DNA from: Mobula hypostoma
Lineage: Eukaryota
NCBI RefSeq assembly: GCF_963921235.1
Contig: NC_086097.1
Span: 180,918,001-180,982,000 of the forward strand
Reading direction: 5' to 3'
Length of the DNA: 64,000 nt
Below, piece by piece: positions 61,401 to 64,000 of this stretch (positions within the stretch are counted from its first letter, which is position 1; the number at the start of each line of letters is the position of its first letter). Position numbers and translations under genes: made by a program. The notes under the pieces were generated by a model, which was given only the letters and a program-made list of their open reading frames with translations, was not told the origin of the DNA and searched no databases.

Positions 61401-62774
61401 GTAAGTGTCTTCATTCTATTCTTTTACTCATGCGATTTCTGGTGAACCTTACTGTGCGAGGTCGCATTCCCAATCCTACTTCATAAAACTGCACCATTCA
61501 GTGAGTGCCCAATCTGGATGAAGATAGGAAGCAAGATCCCAAATCCTGGTAGTAGTACCATTTTGTCTGCTCATCTCAACTGCATCTGTTACTGAATGAA
61601 TTTTCTCCAGTGCAGGGTGATATACCAGTAATGGTGTTACATATGAATGGTTATCACAGGCGCCTTCTATCACTTCTACGTAAGATTTTGACATGGTATG
61701 AGGATGCTTTTGATGCTGGGAAGTTCGAGAACTGGGGGTCAGTTTTGGAAATTTCTTTCTTCAGCGATCTTACAACAGTGCATTGAGGTAATACAAGGGA
61801 AAACAATAACAATGCAGGATAGAGTGTTACAGTTCCAGAGAAAGTGCAGAGCAGGCAGACAATAAGGTACAAGGCCATAATGAGGTAGATTGTGAAATCA
61901 AGAGCCTATCTTATCATACTATGGAACAGTTCAATAGTCTTATAACAGTGGAATAGAAGCTGTCCTTGACCCTGGTGGTGCATGCTTTACGGATTTTAGA
62001 TCAAATTGGGGAAAAAGAAAGATCATCCAGTTAAGGACACAGAGAAGCAAGGTGTTCTTCAAAAAGTGACAAAGTGATATTAATCTTCAAAGTCGCCTAG
62101 GTGAGCTGATATACAAGGCAATGAAAAGAAACATAAGATGCAGCGAACAATTAGGAAGGAGATTGGTAATCATTTATTTCCAATGAGATGGCGATGTACT
62201 TGGATGTAGCTTCTTCTACAGGGTCAACCAAATGTGTTATTGTCTTTTTTAAACATTTTTTATGATCGCAAGACCCTGAAGCCCATTAAGAACTTAAAGT
62301 ACTGCAGGTCTTACCCCATCAGTGAGTTGCTTGTTGGCAGAGAAACTGAAGGACCACGATGCTGCCTGTGACAGAGACATTGGTGCGTGAAGGAGGTGTG
62401 CAGTCCAACAGCGAGTGATTGTCTTAGTCACTTTCCTTGTGATCGCATGACCTATTTGGACATTGGTGGTGTGGAATGCTGCAAGTGCAGTTCACTGGTT
62501 TCTTTATGAACAGCAAAGGAGCTGCATGGCCTCAATCATAGCAAGGACTAGGCCTCAACCCACAGTATCGCCTGTTTGTAGTCACCCGGGAGGCGTTGGA
62601 GTCAGGCACTCCACAGTGTGGCATAGTGTTCATGCTGGAGCCAGTGCTGCTTCCGGTGTTCTGTCGGCAGAAGACAAGCTATATTGTGTTCGACTGCAGA
62701 CTACTGCAACATTCATGGACTCAGGAATTTGGACTATATTTTTTTTTGTGTGACTCAATTGCACTACTATCTTA

Positions 62775-63655
62775 CAGTGCCTGTTTATTCCACCCCCAGA
62801 AATTTTCATGTTTTACTGTTTTACAACCTTGAATCACAGTGGATTTAATTTGGCTTTTTTGACACTGAAATACATAAAAAGACTCTCTCGTGTCAAAGTG
62901 AAAACAGATCTCTACAAAGTGATCTAAATTAATTACAAATATAAAGCCCAAAATAATTGATTGCATAAATATTCACCCCCTTCAAGTCAGAATTTGGTTG
63001 ATGCACCTTTGGCTGCAATTACAGCCTTGAGTCTGTGTGGATAGGTCTCTACCAGCTTTGCACATCGGGGCATTGCAATTTTTCCCCATTCTTCTTTACA
63101 AAATTGCTCAATCTTTGTCAGATTGCGTGGGGATCATGAATGAACATCCCTTTTCAAGTCCAGCCACAAAGTCTCAATTGGATTGAGCTCTGGACTCTGA
63201 CTTAACCATTGCAGGACATTAGCTTTGTTGTTTTTAAACCATTCCTGTGTAGCTTTGGCTTTATGCTTGGGTTTATTGTCTTGCTGGAAAACAAATCTTC
63301 TCCCAAGTTGCAGTTCCCTTGCAGACTGAATCAGGATTTCCCTGTATTTCACAGCATTCATTTTACCCTCTACCTTCACAAACCTCCCAGGGCCTACTGC
63401 AGTGAAGTGTCCCCACAGCATGATGCAGCCACCACCATGCTTCACAGTGGGGATAGTGAGTTTTTGATGATGTGCAGTGTTTGGCTTATGCCAAATATAG
63501 CGTTTAGTCTGATGGCCAAAAAGCTCAATTTTGGTTTCATCAGACCATAGAACCTTCTTCCAGCTGACTTCAGAGTCTCCCACATGTCTTCTGGCAAAAA
63601 CTAGCCGAGATTTCACGTGAATTTTTTTCAACAGTGGCTCTCTCTTTGCCATTAA
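62775..63655 (-). mobile_element. Tc1 fragment, same family
   Basis: WSDETK, KHGGGCIMLWG, FQQDN, SPELNPIE; TA-CAGTGCC terminus. Confidence 0.88.
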
Positions 63656-64000
63656 ACTGCGACTGATTAAGCACCTGGGCAACAGTGGATGTATGTGCAG
63701 TGTAATGCCCTGGTGAAGGTTTACTGCTAATGTTGTAGGGTGTTTCAGGTAATAGTTTTTCTGTAGAGGCAATGTTTGGGTCACTGTTAGAGATAAGGGA
63801 TGCTTAGAAATGTGGGCCATCCAATCAGTGGAGTGGAACAGGGAGAAGGTTCTAGAGAAGGCTAGGGGGAGCGACTTTGTGACTGACACTGTGTGGGTCT
63901 TTGTCTTTGCTCAGCGGGAGATGAAGGGTTAGATGCTGGAGAGCACGGGTCATAGGATTAGATCTGGTGGGAAAACATGTTTTGATGGAACCAAGGCGTG

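Noticed and set aside
1..64000. CRISPR arrays, operons, rRNA/tRNA genes or intronic snoRNAs
   Set aside because: The sequence is eukaryotic with spliced genes. No repeat-spacer array or convincing structural RNA gene was seen, and the tRNA-like boxes belong to SINE heads. snoRNAs cannot be excluded by eye.

Overview
Vertebrate genomic DNA. The repeat content (abundant Penelope-like GIY-YIG elements, CR1, Rex1/Babar, V-SINE-like) suggests a cartilaginous fish, probably a ray; this is inferred. Two host genes face away from each other. On the minus strand is ABCF2, with 8 coding exons (31855 down to 8261, 1155 nt = 385 aa, all GT-AG and in phase), a probable non-coding first exon and ZNF143-motif CpG promoter near 47.4-47.7 kb, and its 3' half off the left edge. 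On the plus strand is a Lifeguard/TMBIM (FAIM2/GRINA/TMBIM1 family) gene, with 3 coding exons at 57950-61400 and a probable first exon ending at 50869. Most of the rest is nested transposable elements. Main highlights: (1) a compact CPEB3/HDV-like ribozyme fold at the 5' end of an Ingi/Vingi-like LINE whose 5' part is inverted, so the fold lies in the sense strand of the Lifeguard intron; (2) minimal type I hammerhead ribozymes in the Penelope 3' repeats, several in the ABCF2 sense orientation; (3) a young Gmr1-type LTR element with intact gag-protease and a pol collapsed into one stop-free, catalytically dead ORF. Edges of old repeats are approximate.
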